Shown here: positions 25,652-38,869 of the stretch, one piece after another
Position numbering within the stretch: the stretch's first letter is position 1
Layout of the letters: every line of letters starts with the position of its first letter
Assembly (NCBI GenBank): GCA_013239625.1
Contig: MU054391.1
Coordinates: forward strand, 6,469,824-6,533,823
Direction: 5' to 3'
From: Lama guanicoe
Taxonomy: Eukaryota
DNA length: 64,000 nucleotides
Made by a program: the position numbers and the translations under genes
Notes under the pieces: model-generated
Told to the model about the DNA's origin: nothing
Database searches by the model: none
What the model saw: the letters and a program-made list of their open reading frames with translations, nothing else

Positions 25652-25919
25652 TAGGGAAGGGAGTGGGAAGGGATAAACTGGGAGTTTGAAATTTGCAGAT
25701 ACTGACTGGTACATAGAAAATAGATAAACAAGTTTATACTATATAGCACAGGGAAGATATATTCAGTATCTTGTAGTAGCTCACAGTGAAAAAGAATAAG
25801 AAAATGAGTATGTGTATATTCATGTATGACTGCAGAATTGTGCTGTACACCAGAAACTGACACAACATTGTAAACTGACTATAACTCAATTTTAAAAAAA
25901 CAAAACAAAAACAAAAAAA
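25652..25919 (+). mobile_element. 5'-truncated L1 3' UTR, artiodactyl/camelid type
   Basis: gggataaactgggagtttgaaatttgcagatac...tgtacaccagaaactgacacaacattgtaaactgactataactcaa plus A-tail. Confidence 0.85.
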
Positions 25920-26401
25920 TATCCATGAATAATATAGAACAGGGGTCTGCAAATGTTTTCTATAAAGGACTGATAATAAATATTTTGGCTTGGCTGTGTT
26001 CTAATAAAACTTTACTTGCAGACACAGGAAAAAAAAATGTGTATTTTAAAGCACAAATACTTTGCCTGATGTGTGCATCTCTGCCCAACCCAGTTAAATC
26101 ACACTTGGGAAACACTGTGTGTGTAGCTTTATGAAAAACACAATGCCCACGTCACATTCACTTCCTGGTCCTTCACCAGTTCCCCCCACTCCCCTCAATC
26201 TGGGTGCCAGCTCCCTGTTAATCTTTCAAAATGTGGCGGAGGAAACAATTGGCATTAATGTTCAACACTCATTCAGAGCTGGAGCCTTTGCGGCGGAGGT
26301 CCTGGGGATGATCTATGACCTGGTCCAGCGCTGTCAAAGCGAGCCAGGTGAAAGTACTCAGAGCACCATGACTTCAGAAAGTACTTGGTAAAAACACTTA
26401 C

Positions 26402-26532
26402 TTTTTGCAGTGTCCGCACCAAGGAGCATAAAACTCAACCATCCAAACATCTTCACTGTCAAGAACATTCTTATCAAAGCTGTCATCCGTCAGCTCGATT
26501 ACGTCCTTCTTACTTGAACTTTCACTTCTGCC
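26402..26532 (-). CDS. PDIA6: PDIA6 exon 6, contains the second thioredoxin active site WCGHC
   Basis: ggcag|GGC...AAAAA|gtaagt; [43 protein letters not shown]. Confidence 0.98.
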
Positions 26533-27195
26533 CTGCCATTTATGACATTAAAAATTAAACTACAACCTGGCCAGAAAGAACATTATTCCTATTCTAAATA
26601 CACATGTAACATTCATCATTTCTACATCTTAACAAAATTGAGTTTTTCTTTCAAGTGAAAACCACTTTACTCATATTTGGCACATCCCTTAATATTATTA
26701 TCTGTACCTGACAAACAGTATTTACTTTCAAACAATTACCAGTACACTCGGTGTAACACGTAACATGTATCAGAACCCAATTATCTACTGTTTTCACTAA
26801 GAGAAACTTCAACATGGCTCAAAGAAGCACCTTCGTAACACTATGCTAATTCAGACTCGAGCTTAGTGCCGGTCCATCCCAAGATATTAAACATAACCAA
26901 CCGGTGACTACCTTTTCATAAAGTGCCTACCATTCAAGAAAGCTAAAAGCAACACAATTCTTTTATCTTTTCAAAGAACTTTCTTCAGCACTAAAACTAC
27001 GAAGCCGTCAGCACTGCGATAACGCTTTCTGCTGCCGGGGCCCAAAGCCATGGGCGCAGTGCAGACAACGGTGCTCACTAAATGTGTAAGTCTGAAATAG
27101 AAGACAAATGCATGAAATCTCGGAGAAGCTCTAAGTCTGTACAAAGAAGCTAGTCTTACTGGTCTCCTAAGAGCGAAGAGCCATCTTCACACACA

Positions 27196-27626
27196 CAGGC
27201 ATGCTGTGGAGATACCGCGGGTTTGAGGATGACCTCAATAAAGCGAGTATTGCAATAAAGGGAGTCACACAAAGGCTCTGGGCTCCTGGTGCACATAAAA
27301 GTCAGCTGTACACTATAGAGTATCAAGTGTGCAATACCATTAGGTCTAAAAGACAACACACATATCTTAAGTAAAAAATATTTTAGTGCTGAAAAATGCT
27401 AGTAACCATCATCTGAGCCTTTAGTGAGTCATAACCTTTTTGTAATAGTCACATACAAAGATCACTGATCACCATAAATATAATGAAAACCTTTGAAATA
27501 CTGTGAAAATTTGAGCAAATGCTGTTGGAAAAATGGCACTGACAGGCTCACTCAACACATGGTTGCCACAAACCTTCAATTTGTAAAAAATGCAATTATC
27601 TGGAAGTACAATACGAGGTGTGACTA
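27196..27626. mobile_element. Tigger1-derived non-autonomous DNA transposon
   Basis: caggcat...aataaagcgagtattgcaataaag start and gttgccacaaaccttcaatttgtaaaaaa...acgaggtgtgact end. Confidence 0.75.
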
Positions 27627-28213
27627 CATGTATCAGGAAGAATTCAGTGCCTTTTCACAAGAACAGAAGCACATCACGGTTAAACGTCACATTTCATACA
27701 AGGGAATCTACAGAGCAGGAACCTTCTTCCCTTTCCATCTGTGGGAACGCTCCCAGGGATTTCAGTATGACCACCACAGATACAGAGGTCATCCAGATTT
27801 CATCTGTGTTTGTCTGAAGCTGATTTGGGGGAGGGCTGGTCTCTCGCTACTCGGGAACCACAAATGGCATGGAAGCCAGAGGCCAGCTCCCCTGGCTGGA
27901 ACTCTTTCTCCCTCTGCAGTCCAAACTCTTCTACCCCGGCCCCGGGCCAGGGAAGCCTACCTCGGGCCTGGTGCCTGGCCTGAAGCTGTGGCCGGGCGCC
28001 CAAGGACTCACTTGCCATGGTGACAGTGATGCTGAAGAGGTCAGATGAACAGGCTGGGTGGCTGACTCCCTCTGGAGTCACCTGACTCAACCTATTATTT
28101 TTCAACCGAAAGTCTATCAATTTAAATTTTTTTAAAAATGATCTTCTAATGGAGTTTACACAGTCTTCAAGATCATGACACACAGGAAAACCTGACATTA
28201 TATACAGTCTTAC

Positions 28214-28320
28214 TTGTTTTCCAGAACTATAGCCACCTCCCCTGCCCCCGAGGCGATCCTTCACAAGCTGGCGCAGAGCACTGAGCGCGGCATCCACGAT
28301 GGCTTCACTCGTTCTGCCAC
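28214..28320 (-). CDS. PDIA6: PDIA6 exon 5
   Basis: cgtag|GT...CAA|gtaaga; [35 protein letters not shown]. Confidence 0.97.
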
Positions 28321-29334
28321 CTACGGAAGACGAAGGGCGAACAGGTGACTGGGGCCGGGCGGGCCGGGTGCCTACGTATAACGCTCTCTGAAGACTCCAA
28401 CCTGTACATGTGTCAGTATCATCTGATGTTTAGACAGATCCTACTATCACACTGTCTTTAAGACTGAGCCAATTTCTCTCCAGAATGCATTGCACACTGC
28501 ACTTTATACTTAGAAAACCAATTCCTCTTCTGCAATTTTAGGTTATTGGTGTGAACAAGAGTGTTTTGTTCACCATAAAGACCATCTACTATTGATAACA
28601 GCTCACAAATGTTTACTGAATGTGTAACATGTACACAGATGAAAAAGATTATCTAGTTAAGAAAGCAGGGGAAATTTCTAAACACAAAGTACCAAATGAG
28701 AAACATGGAAAAACGACTTCTATGAAATAAAGGACAGAGAACTTGTGGAAAAAGCAGGATACGAGGTGTCTTGTTAAGTAACTAGAAAGTGATCCAGGCC
28801 TCTTTTTTTTCTACCTTGCTCTTCTGTTACTTTGGGCTTTTAGGTTTTACAGTGAACTTACCCTAATATAAGAAATAACAAAACCTAAATTAAAACTCAA
28901 CGACACTAGCCTTTGGAAGTTTACCAAAAACTATGTGCTCAATAAAGTCAAGGGACTATTAACTAAGAGAAATATGGATAATATTCTGGAGACTATCTTC
29001 AGAATTTAAAGGTAAAACTAACAAAATCTCTTTAGAAAGTTTCTTCTCTTTTAAAAAAATAGTTTTCTCATCAGACCTGACATTAGAAAGAACGTACGAT
29101 ACAGCAGTGCTCAGAGTATGTCCGGACAGACAGTCCTGTACTACATCCCTGGTCCAGACGACCAAGTGCGTTACTTCCTAAGACAGGAAGGCAAGACCTC
29201 AACATGAGAACAGTCTTCTGCTCCTTGTCTACAGCAGACACCTCCATTTTCAGAACCAGTGCCCCTTCCACCAACCTCTACCTGAAAATATACCACATTA
29301 AGAAACATAGGGAAAAAGACAGAGAGGGTTTTCT

Positions 29335-29540
29335 CATTCTAGACCGAGAGTGAGCAGACTCTTCATGCCAAGGACCAGACGGTATTTCCAGCTTTGCAGG
29401 CCATACTGTTTATTGCAGCCACTCAGTTCTGCTGTTCTAGTGTGAAAGCAGCCACAGACAAACTAAATGAACAAGTGTGACTGTGTTCCGAAAAATTTTA
29501 TTTACAAAAGCAAGCAGCAGGACAAATGTCAACCCCTGCT
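29335..29540. mobile_element. MER58-like hAT element
   Basis: gctttgcaggccatactg...actcagttctgctgttctagtgtgaaagcagccacagaca...ctgtgttcc...tttatttacaaaa. Confidence 0.7.
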
Positions 29541-30922
29541 CGAAACATTCAATTTTTACAAGCTAGCAAAATGAACAAATCATATTCCAAAGCAGAAAAG
29601 TTGGTGTTTACTCAGAAAAATTAAACTGATCATTTTATGAAACTTAAGGGCTGGGCGGTCTAGAAGCAATGATGTATCTAAGGTCTCATCTTCAAGTATT
29701 CTGACCCCCAGTATTCTACACCAGTATTTACCAAGTTACATGCTTTACATATACCATTTAATGCAACTTCTAGCAGCTGAACACAGGTTTTCACATCCCC
29801 ATTTTACAGCTAGAAGCAGGTCCACAGAGGCTAGGTACCATTTAGCCAGCAGTTAAACCGAGGCCGGGCTGCCTTCAGAGCTCACTCTACAGATTCTCCA
29901 GTCCCTTTGCTCTCCCTTTTCTGAGAATGTTCCCTCTCCCAGCTGGACACAGAGCAAGACACCAAGTACAGATAATACACTTTGTTTTCACTGTGATGCT
30001 GAGTCTCCTCCCCTCCAACCCTGCAAGCTTGTCCTTCTCACATAAAGCAAACCCAAAGATGGCAGACTCTAAGTTCAGTCACTTGTGCACCCCTTGCAAT
30101 GAAATCTTTAAATGCATTACACCCAAAACTTTTATGAGGACTCTGGATATGCCTCAACTTAGCAATTCTGACTATATTAAATATGATGATCTGTTTGTGA
30201 CATCTTAAGTAACAGGTGACTCTATAAAAGAACAAGGTGACTAAAACAACATTTGGTCTTGGGAGTCTGAAGCCAGAACCCTCTCTCCAGTTGCCCCAGT
30301 AACTCACAATTTACTTATCTACACAATGGAGAAATTGCGGCACTTTATTACCAATAGTTCAGGAGACTAAATAATAGCTTTAATATTCAAATACTATATA
30401 TATAGAGAGATTCATAGGCAAAATACTCCATAGTAATATCAACTGTTTAAATTGACTTTCAAATTACAAGGCTCTTTTTCCACATTGATATGCCAGACCC
30501 TCCTACAGTGACAGGAGGAGCAATTAGGGCAAGAAAACATTTGTAGATCTTTTAAAATATTAAGTAATTATAGAAACTTATTCAATATTTAGTAACTATA
30601 AAACATTAAGTAACTAGTGCTTTTTAAAAACTGTAATGAGAAAGAGGGCAGCACAAAACGTTATCACTCTATCACTGCTAAGGCCATGCGCCCTAAACTA
30701 GTATAAACAGTAAAAAAAAAAACTCCTACTTGCTTGACACATGTTTAACCTACAAAACAACTCAGAAGTAGGACTCACTCTACCATTTGACAGACAAGGA
30801 AATTCAGGCACCAGGAGAGTGAGGACCTGGCAGGTAGGTTACACAACCCTAGGTTCTCTCCTATTTCGTACCTACCTGCTCACATTAAAATTCCAACCAA
30901 GGGAATTAGGAAAAGCCCTTAC

Positions 30923-31049
30923 CCTGATAATCTTCTGGTCTGTTTTTGTTAGATCCAAAAATCTTAATGGTAGGAAATCCCTGGACACCGTATTGACCTC
31001 CCAGGGACTGATGTTTATCTGCATCAACTGCACCAACTTTTACAACATC
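30923..31049 (-). CDS. PDIA6: PDIA6 exon 4
   Basis: cacag|GAT...CAGG|gtaagg; [42 protein letters not shown]. Confidence 0.97.
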
Positions 31050-31485
31050 CTGTGGAAATATAAAAGAAATACCTATTTTTCCTTCAACTGGAGCAGATTC
31101 CACAAGAACCCATAATACGGTGATGAAGACTGAGAGACAACATAATGAAGGGCAGGGTTCCATTTACCAGCAGAATTGATGAGGGCTTTAGCTTGGGAAA
31201 TCATTCTGGAATAGGATGCTGGGTAACGTGCAGCTCAGCCCATGAGGAACTGTGCAGCTCCCAGAATTAGCATGACTAAGAATAATTATGCCATTTAACT
31301 GGGAAAGGGAATTAACAAAAATAGATAAGATAAAAATCAGATGTAATTATCCCTTTGCCCCCTACATAATTTTGGCTCCAGAACGAGAGTAGTGGGCTTC
31401 AATTAATGTCCTACTGTACTTTAAGCTCATTTGCTTAAACTTATTTCAACGTACACAGGTCAATGTGGACATCTTAGAAACTCAC

Positions 31486-31543
31486 TTTTAATGCAGTTGC
31501 TACTTTCTTCCACTCCGGTGTTAACCTCTGGCAGTGGCCACAC
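31486..31543 (-). CDS. PDIA6: PDIA6 exon 3, first active site CGHC
   Basis: taaaag|G...AAA|gtgagt; [19 protein letters not shown]. Confidence 0.97.
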
Positions 31544-32917
31544 CTTTTAGGGGATAAAAACACAAAACAAGGCAACAGTTAAAGTCTTTTGATTCCCAAT
31601 TCAAAAAACATTCACCAGCTGTCTACTGAGTGACATGCCCTGGGGGTGAGGCTTGCAGGGAGTCCGGCACTAATAAAACTTGCCCAGTGACCAAAATTAA
31701 GGAATTCCTTCAATTATAAACATTAACAACATACCATAGTTGGTGAGCACTCGTGGCTGTCACAAATACAAGTCACAGCTATGTTCTCATCACCACTGCA
31801 GCTGTTGCAGATATCTTTACACATCTTTTATGCTCATCACTGTTTCAGAATTACGAGAGCTAGCTGTTAGATCTGCTGTTGGATCTTGATTTACTGTCCC
31901 AGTAAATGAGTGCTAAACAAACATATCAAGCTTTATTTTGATATTTTAATAATGTTATTCCAATATTTTAGGTTTCCTTTGTAATCTATATCCTTCATCT
32001 TATACATGTAAAACTTGGATTCTAAGGAGGAATTCTAAGCCTTCACCAAGCTGCCAAAGTCCAAGCACAAAAAGAGGTTAAAAGCACCTGCTCCAATCAG
32101 ACACTCTCTCACCCAGGACGCTAGGAAGTAAAACTTTGCTAGCATAACAATAATAGTTAATTACCGGGCCCAGATCCTGCTTTCCCAACTATGCTGTCTG
32201 GTTTAGTTTTGGAATGAGGTATAGTCCCATATATGGCATATATACCAAAACAAGGTAAACCACTCATGCCATATAACTGACAAAAAAGATCAAACTTGCA
32301 AAAGTTGCATACAAAGGCATTCAACAATATAAGTTTGTACAATTATCATTTATTTGTTTACTAATACAAATGAATGAGCCCACACAGAATTCTCATTTGG
32401 ATTTAACAAACAAAAAACAAATAAGAGTTTTTCTCTAAAAAAATAATAAAGGTAATTAAGATACACAGTAGTCATAAAATAGCAACATAAACTTTTAAAG
32501 TAGATTTTACCTTAACTTGCTACACTAAACATTAAATGAAATAGCCCAAAAGATCTGATATGGACTTTCCAAAACTGAGTTTTCTTTTTTCAAAGAAAAA
32601 ATTAAAGCAATAAAGGAAAGCCTTTCATCAGGCATACCGTAAAATGTACCCACTCAGGGACATTTACTTGAGCTACTCCCTACTTGAGCTTACAAGGTAC
32701 AGTTCCCATCTCAGGGGACCATGCAGCTCACCTGCAGATACAGTTGGCGGGTGCTCCTCTCAGGCACTGGTGGCCTGCTAGTTTGTAGCAGTGAGTCTGG
32801 TGCTCATTTTGCACTGATTCCATGGGTGTGTTTCTACACGCTTATTTGTCAGGTTTTTGTTTTCATTAAACGTTTTAACTACATAAACAATTAGTGTAAT
32901 GCCGTTTTCTGACTGCA

Positions 32918-33117
32918 CAGATGACCCCTGATTGTGGGGATTAGGGGTGCTAACCTTCTGCAGTCGAAAATCTGCTTGTAATTTTATAGTCAGCCCTCTG
33001 CATCCACAGATTCAACCAACCATGGATCGTGTTAACACATATAAATTTATTGGGAAAAAACCCCCACGAATAAGTGAACTCATGCAGTTCAAACCTATGT
33101 TATTCAAGGGCCAACTG
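32918..33117. mobile_element. Tigger2/MER8-like MITE
   Basis: cagatgaccc start, gcagttcaaacctatgttattcaagggccaactg|ta end (inverted termini, TA target). Confidence 0.75.
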
Positions 33118-33647
33118 TATGTAACTGTGCAACATTAATTTCAATGATAATTACATCTTCACTCTATAAGGTTTTTTCCCCAGAAATAGATGTAAGGCAA
33201 GGGAAGAATTTTAAAATCAAAGAATTTTAAAATAAAAATATGTAGTTTTCCAACTACATATTTCTAGAAGCAACCCTCTTCAAGAAGCAGAATGGAGTAA
33301 ATCATTGGTTCTTCCCTTTCTTTGCCCAATCCTCTCTGCAAAAAATCAGCTTCCTTTCCACCTCCATCTCACTTACCTCATCATAAAAATATATCTTCCT
33401 AAAATTATAAGGGTTTTTTCCCCTCCTTCTTTCTCGCAACTATTAGCTACTTCAACCATTTTTTAAAAATTGGCTCAGTCTCTACACCCTTTAACAGACT
33501 CAATCAACACTTTTTCCCTTTTCTCTCTTATAAACAACCAGCAAACTAGGTAAACCAGATGGCTAAATAAAATCACATTTTTATACAGTATTTTTTCTGA
33601 TTTTATAAAGTACCATAAATAATCAACAACTATTTTATAATACTTAC

Positions 33648-33789
33648 CATGGAGCAAAGAATTCCACAAGCCACAAACTATCACTTTGAATAACTTCTCG
33701 GTTGAAATTTGATGGAGTTAATTCAATTACATCATCACTAGACGAATATAGACCATTAACTGCTATAAAGAGGGTACAGCTCATCAGAC
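33648..33789 (-). CDS. PDIA6: PDIA6 exon 2 (end of signal peptide, start of the first thioredoxin domain)
   Basis: tccag|GT...CCATG|gtaagt; [46 protein letters not shown](W). Confidence 0.97.
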
Positions 33790-35119
33790 CTGGAATAACA
33801 ACAAAAGCACACCATCAATGGCAGGTTCACGCTACGGGGAAGCTAGGCAACCACAGAGTCTTCTTCAACTGACCAAGGCCCTTTACACTGGAGGACGGCC
33901 TGGATCAGCTCTCTCTTAATCCCCCTGCCCCTGCCCCCACTGCTGTTGGAGCCCCTGAAAGATTACTCCCACAGATAAACTTTATGATATTAAAGAAATT
34001 TCTATTACTTTCTTTTCAGCATCTATGGAGATGGTAATATAACTTCCTTCTTTTCATCTCCTGATGCGATGAGTTACAAGTGAGACTGACCTGTCATCTA
34101 AGGTAGTATATGCCACCCAATTTCACATGCTTACTTTGTACACAGACTGTGGAAGATTTCAAGTGGAAATTTTTTGAATAATCCAATGGTAAATTTCTTC
34201 TGGAAGTTACTAGTTCTATTGCTAAATTCTCCACTTCATGTTTACAGGGCACATTCGATTTTCAAATCACTTTAAAATCACTTGATTTTTCAGAGCATTA
34301 CTAGCCACAGAGCAGGAATCATCCTTCTTAGTAAATAATGAAACAAGGGCAGAAAGAGATCAAGTGGCCCATCTACAGTCATACATAAAACTGACAGAGC
34401 AGCTCTCTGACTTCTATTCCAAGCTCTACCCATTAAACTACATTGTCTTTTTAGTGCTCACGATAAAAAGACTTAGCATGCCATGGGCATGAGTAACAAT
34501 GACACTGTTCAAGAATACTGCATCTGAATTACAGATAGGACTAGAATTGTAGGAAGGTAACTATGGACTCCACTAACGGTGATGTGAAGCCATGCAGGAG
34601 GTTGATCAGATTTGCTTTCTAGAAAGAGTACTCTGACTACAACATGGAGAGTGGGTGGAGAATTATCAGGAGAGTGGTGTCATATAAACCAAGGGAAAGA
34701 TGGAATGAGCAACAGTAACAAAGGCTACGGGGAAGTAAAGTAGGAAAGACTGTCCACTGGATATAATGGCAAAGAGGCCACTGCCCCCCACCCGTTCCTG
34801 ACAGGCATGGCGGAGTAGTGACAGTGAGCAGCAGCCAGTGTGCACAAGACTGGAGAGAGCAAGCCAATGTGGGGTAGAAGAAAGGCTTCTTTTTAAAGAT
34901 GGGAGTGATCTGAGAGTGAAGGGAAGAAATATGTGGAGTGGGAGGGGTTACAGCCCAGGGAATATGGAACAAGACGCCAGGATCACGAGGAAGGGAGGGA
35001 ACCCAGAGTCAGCGAGGGGGGTTAGCCTGAGACAGGATGACTTCCTCTTCCAATTCAAGAGGTGGGAAAGGGTGACTGTGGATGGAGGTCAAGCCAACCA
35101 AAGTGAGGCTCCCTTGATA

Positions 35120-35630
35120 ACTGCTGTCTAATAGGGCAGCCACTAGCCACACGTGGCTACCCCAAACTGAGGTGTGTTGTAGATGTAAAAAGCACACTGA
35201 ATTCCAAAGACTTGGTAGGAGGAAAAGGTAAATTATCTCATTAATGTTTTTTATATTTATTTCCTGTTGAAGTATTTTAGGTATACTGGATAAGTATATA
35301 TTAAAATTAATTGCAATAAACAAGATTATACAGTATAGTGCAAGGAAATATATATAAGATCTTGTGGTAGCTCACAGTGAAAAAAAATGTGACAATGAAT
35401 ATATGTATGTTCATGTATAACAGAAAAATTGTGCCCTACACTGGAATTTGATACAACATTGTAAAATGACCATAACTCAATTAAAAAAGTTTAAAAAAGA
35501 GAATAAAAATTTGTAATCAGTGGAAAAAAATTAATTGCACCTGTTTCTTTTTGCCTTTTTTAATGTGGCCACTAGACAATTTTAAATTACATATAAAGTT
35601 GGCATTATATTTCTCATGGATGGTGTTGCC
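35120..35630 (-). mobile_element. MER33 interrupted by an L1 3' end (35316-35526, + strand)
   Basis: MER33-like ends; L1 insert flanked by a 13-bp TSD aaaattaattgca at 35303-35315 and 35527-35539. Confidence 0.8.
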
Positions 35631-36164
35631 TAGTAATCTTTTCATTGTTGTAGGAAAGATCAAGAAGAGTTGGCATAATTAACAAAGCAAGTAAATCAAG
35701 AAACTAAGCAGAGACAACCCTGATTCTGACTAAGCTTGAAAGTAAAATTGGTCTTGGAAAATCCTCTACAGAGATCTACTACTTTTAAAGACATTTATCT
35801 TTTTTGATAAAACCTCTATGAATCGATACTTGTTCAATACACTGAGCTCTTTGTGAAATTTTCAAAAATAGAAAAGCAAAAAAAAAAAACACCCCCCAAA
35901 TTATCTAGCCTACTAGAATGAACATTAATATTTTGGTAGATAATTCTTACTGACATCTCTCTATACCATACAAAGGTCTAAAGCTTTATATAAATGTGAT
36001 CTTACTATATATTCCCTTCTGTAGCCTTTTTCACCCAAAGTAAGTTACATTTTCTACATAAGTAATTATAGATTACCCATTACCCGCCAAGTAATCATTT
36101 TTAATGGCTGTATCAATGTTGCCAATATACTACTGACATAATTTGATGGTTTCCAACTTTTAGC

Positions 36165-36394
36165 TTTTTTTTTTAACATTTTTTATTGATTTATAATCAT
36201 TTTACAATGTTGTGTCAAATTCCAGTGTAGAGCACAATTTTTCAGTTATACATGAACATATATATATTCATTGTCATATTTTTTTCTCTGTGAGCTACCA
36301 TAAGATCTTGTGTATATTTCCCTGTGCTATACAGTATAATCTTGTTTATCTATTCTACAATTTTGAAATCCCGTCTATCCCTTCCCACCCCCCA
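36165..36394 (-). mobile_element. 5'-truncated camelid-type L1 3' end
   Basis: Reverse complement similar to the 35316-35500 copy; diverged TSD ccaact(t/c)tt(a/c)gct. Confidence 0.8.
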
Positions 36395-38688
36395 CCAACT
36401 CTTCGCTCTTAACAAGTCAATGTTAAAAATTCTTATACTTTTCCCCTCCTCAAATGAATGATTATTTCCTTAAGGGAATATCTTACAAGGGGGATCGGGG
36501 CATGGCTGACATTTTGATATATGTATCTGTCCAACTACGCTCCAGAAGCTGACATCTGAACCTAGAGTAACACTTGCATGGCACTACGTACCACTAACTC
36601 AGTTAGTCTACGTGGTGTGTACCATCAGGCCCATTTTTAGCCCAGGAAATGGAGACACAGAAAAGGTAATTTGCCTAAGGCCACATAATTAGAAAGAATA
36701 TATGGCTATGCCCAAAATTTTAACCAAAGGACTGGAACCTGCAGGAGTATAACCCCAGGAGGGACATTCTAGAGACTGTGACAGGACAATTAGGTTCTTT
36801 GCCTCTTCCTGCCAATCATGGACAGCAATAAAGGATGTGCTCTCCTCCTCAGGCTACTTCAGGCAGGCTAGAGTCACCAAATGATGAACCATGATTTTTT
36901 TTTTTATCTTTCCGTGGTCCTGACTAATGGCACTCAGTATACCATGAACTTGAGCTATTAATTTTTTTTTCTAGTAATGGTGTTGAATTTTGTTACTTGT
37001 CTTTACATTGTTCCTGGTTCTCCCAGGAGCTTCCTTTCCATACAAATGGCTATCAATGGAAATGTCTTCATGAGAAAGATACGAGACTTAAATTCCTTAA
37101 AAGGCATTAAGACCTAGTAGGGTTAGAAGAAAATCAAATACGCTACTCAAAAAAGCATTAAAAGATGTACAAATTCCAACAGCACAAAAGTAGTCAGTAA
37201 CTTCCCCCTACAAAAACCCTCAAGAAAACAGAAAACCCTCAGCCTACTTAAGATGATAAAGTAGGTCAATGCTGACCAGTAATATTCTGTTTCTAAAAAT
37301 CACATCCCCATTTCACTCACTGATAATGAGCACCAATGGGAAATTGGAACATCCGAGTGTCTAGAATCCATGAGAGCAGATGGTTTTACCATCTGTGGCC
37401 TCCCATTATTCCTCTACAGTAGTTAGAGCTGTTATAAATCCACATCAGTAACATCTCTGTCCCATACCAGCTAACAAAAGCACATGGTCCCAAAGTAGTC
37501 ATCCAGAAACCAAGACGTCTCCCCAAAAGGCTGACCACATTTATTAAAATAATAAGTTAACTGAAAGAATCACAGACTCTTTCAGAGTCCTGTCTGAATT
37601 CACTTGCAGGTAACTAAACAGAAACTAAATTCTTTCCGCCTCACCCATTCTCTCTACAGTAATACAGCAAATACTTACATCACGTTTATACCCTGTTTAG
37701 TCTCTTCAGGCATATATAAGCTCATTAATCCTGAGAACAACCCTATGGAGTACTAGCCCAGAATGGTTAGGTAACTAGCTCCCAGTCACACAGCTAGTAG
37801 ATGCCGGGGACTCAAACCCCGGCTATCCGGATCCAGAGTGTGCAGGTAAGAGGGCCGTGGCTGGGACCAAGGGGAGCCAGAGAAGAGACGGGATCCTCAA
37901 TCTCACTCACTGCCGTTTCTAAAACAGACTTTTATGTAACTCATGAAAGTGTGGGTTCAACTCAGTTTTTAAATGTCCAATCATATTTAAAGTGCTCTTG
38001 CATCGTAAGATCTGCTTTTGGAAGGTACCGATTCCTTTCTAAGGAAACCATCCTGACATTTCAGGACTGGGTTTTGACGTTTCAGTTTTTCTTATTAGTG
38101 GGAATTCCATCAAACAGGTGGTTAGGACAAGGTGCACTCTCCCGTACACATTCGAGGGCCAGGACAAGGTCCCATTTTAGGTGGCCCCCCAATACCCCAC
38201 CACCACCAGGGATCAGCCATCGCTGGTCTCAGGGGCTAAAAAGCAGTTCCCCGCTTTAGCTCATGCCCGGCCCGCCCGACACTCGCACCCGGGCTCCGGG
38301 CTGTCTCCAGAGCCCCCCGGGTCTGGGTTTGAGCCCGGCCTCAGGACTCCGTCCTCCCCGCTGCGCCCCCACACGAGCTCCCCCCAGGGTGGGACATGGG
38401 CGCGCTCACCTCCCCATGCGCCCTGTACATCTGCCCGAGGCCAATGCGGGGGGCTCCGTCCAAGGGCAGCCCCCACCCCTGAACTCTCCTCACCGGTCCC
38501 CGGAGCTCCCTTATCATCCCCGGGACCTCGTCTACTATGTCTCCCGCGTGGGCCGGGCCCGCGACCCCCTACTCCGGCCCGGGCCGGGCCAACGCACGAG
38601 CCCGCCCGCTCCCGGTGCCGTAGCCCGCCGTGGGGCTTCCGAGCCTCCCAGCCTGCTTCCCCACCCGGAATAGGGGGCCCGTACCTAC

Positions 38689-38707
38689 CCAGCACCAGGC
38701 GAGCCAT
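38689..38707 (-). CDS. PDIA6: PDIA6 exon 1 coding part (start codon)
   Basis: ggcATGG Kozak; MARLVL(G)|gtaggt; the 13 exons total 1323 nt = 440 aa + stop. Confidence 0.95.
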
Positions 38708-38850
38708 GCCGAGCGCTCGAGCGGTCGCGCAGTTCAGCTACGGCCTCACCTCTGCCGCGCCGCGCCCCCGCCGCCCTACGTCCCGCCCTCGGCCCGAGAG
38801 GCCGGCGCCGGGCGGTGCGACGGGGGCGGGCCGGAAGGCGCTCGCCAAGC

Positions 38851-38869
38851 CGTGGCCGCGGCTTATTGG
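38851..38869 (-). promoter_or_regulatory. ER stress response element (ERSE-I)
   Basis: Minus strand reads CCAAT-AAGCCGCGG-CCACG, the exact CCAAT-N9-CCACG consensus (NF-Y + ATF6/XBP1), ~145 nt upstream of the ATG. Confidence 0.9.

Noticed and set aside
27493..28023. 176-aa ORF starting in the Tigger element
   Set aside because: No transposase motifs; the element is a ~430-bp non-autonomous derivative.
38261..38707. 148-aa ORF from the PDIA6 ATG
   Set aside because: Read-through into GC-rich intron 1; only the first 19 nt are exon.
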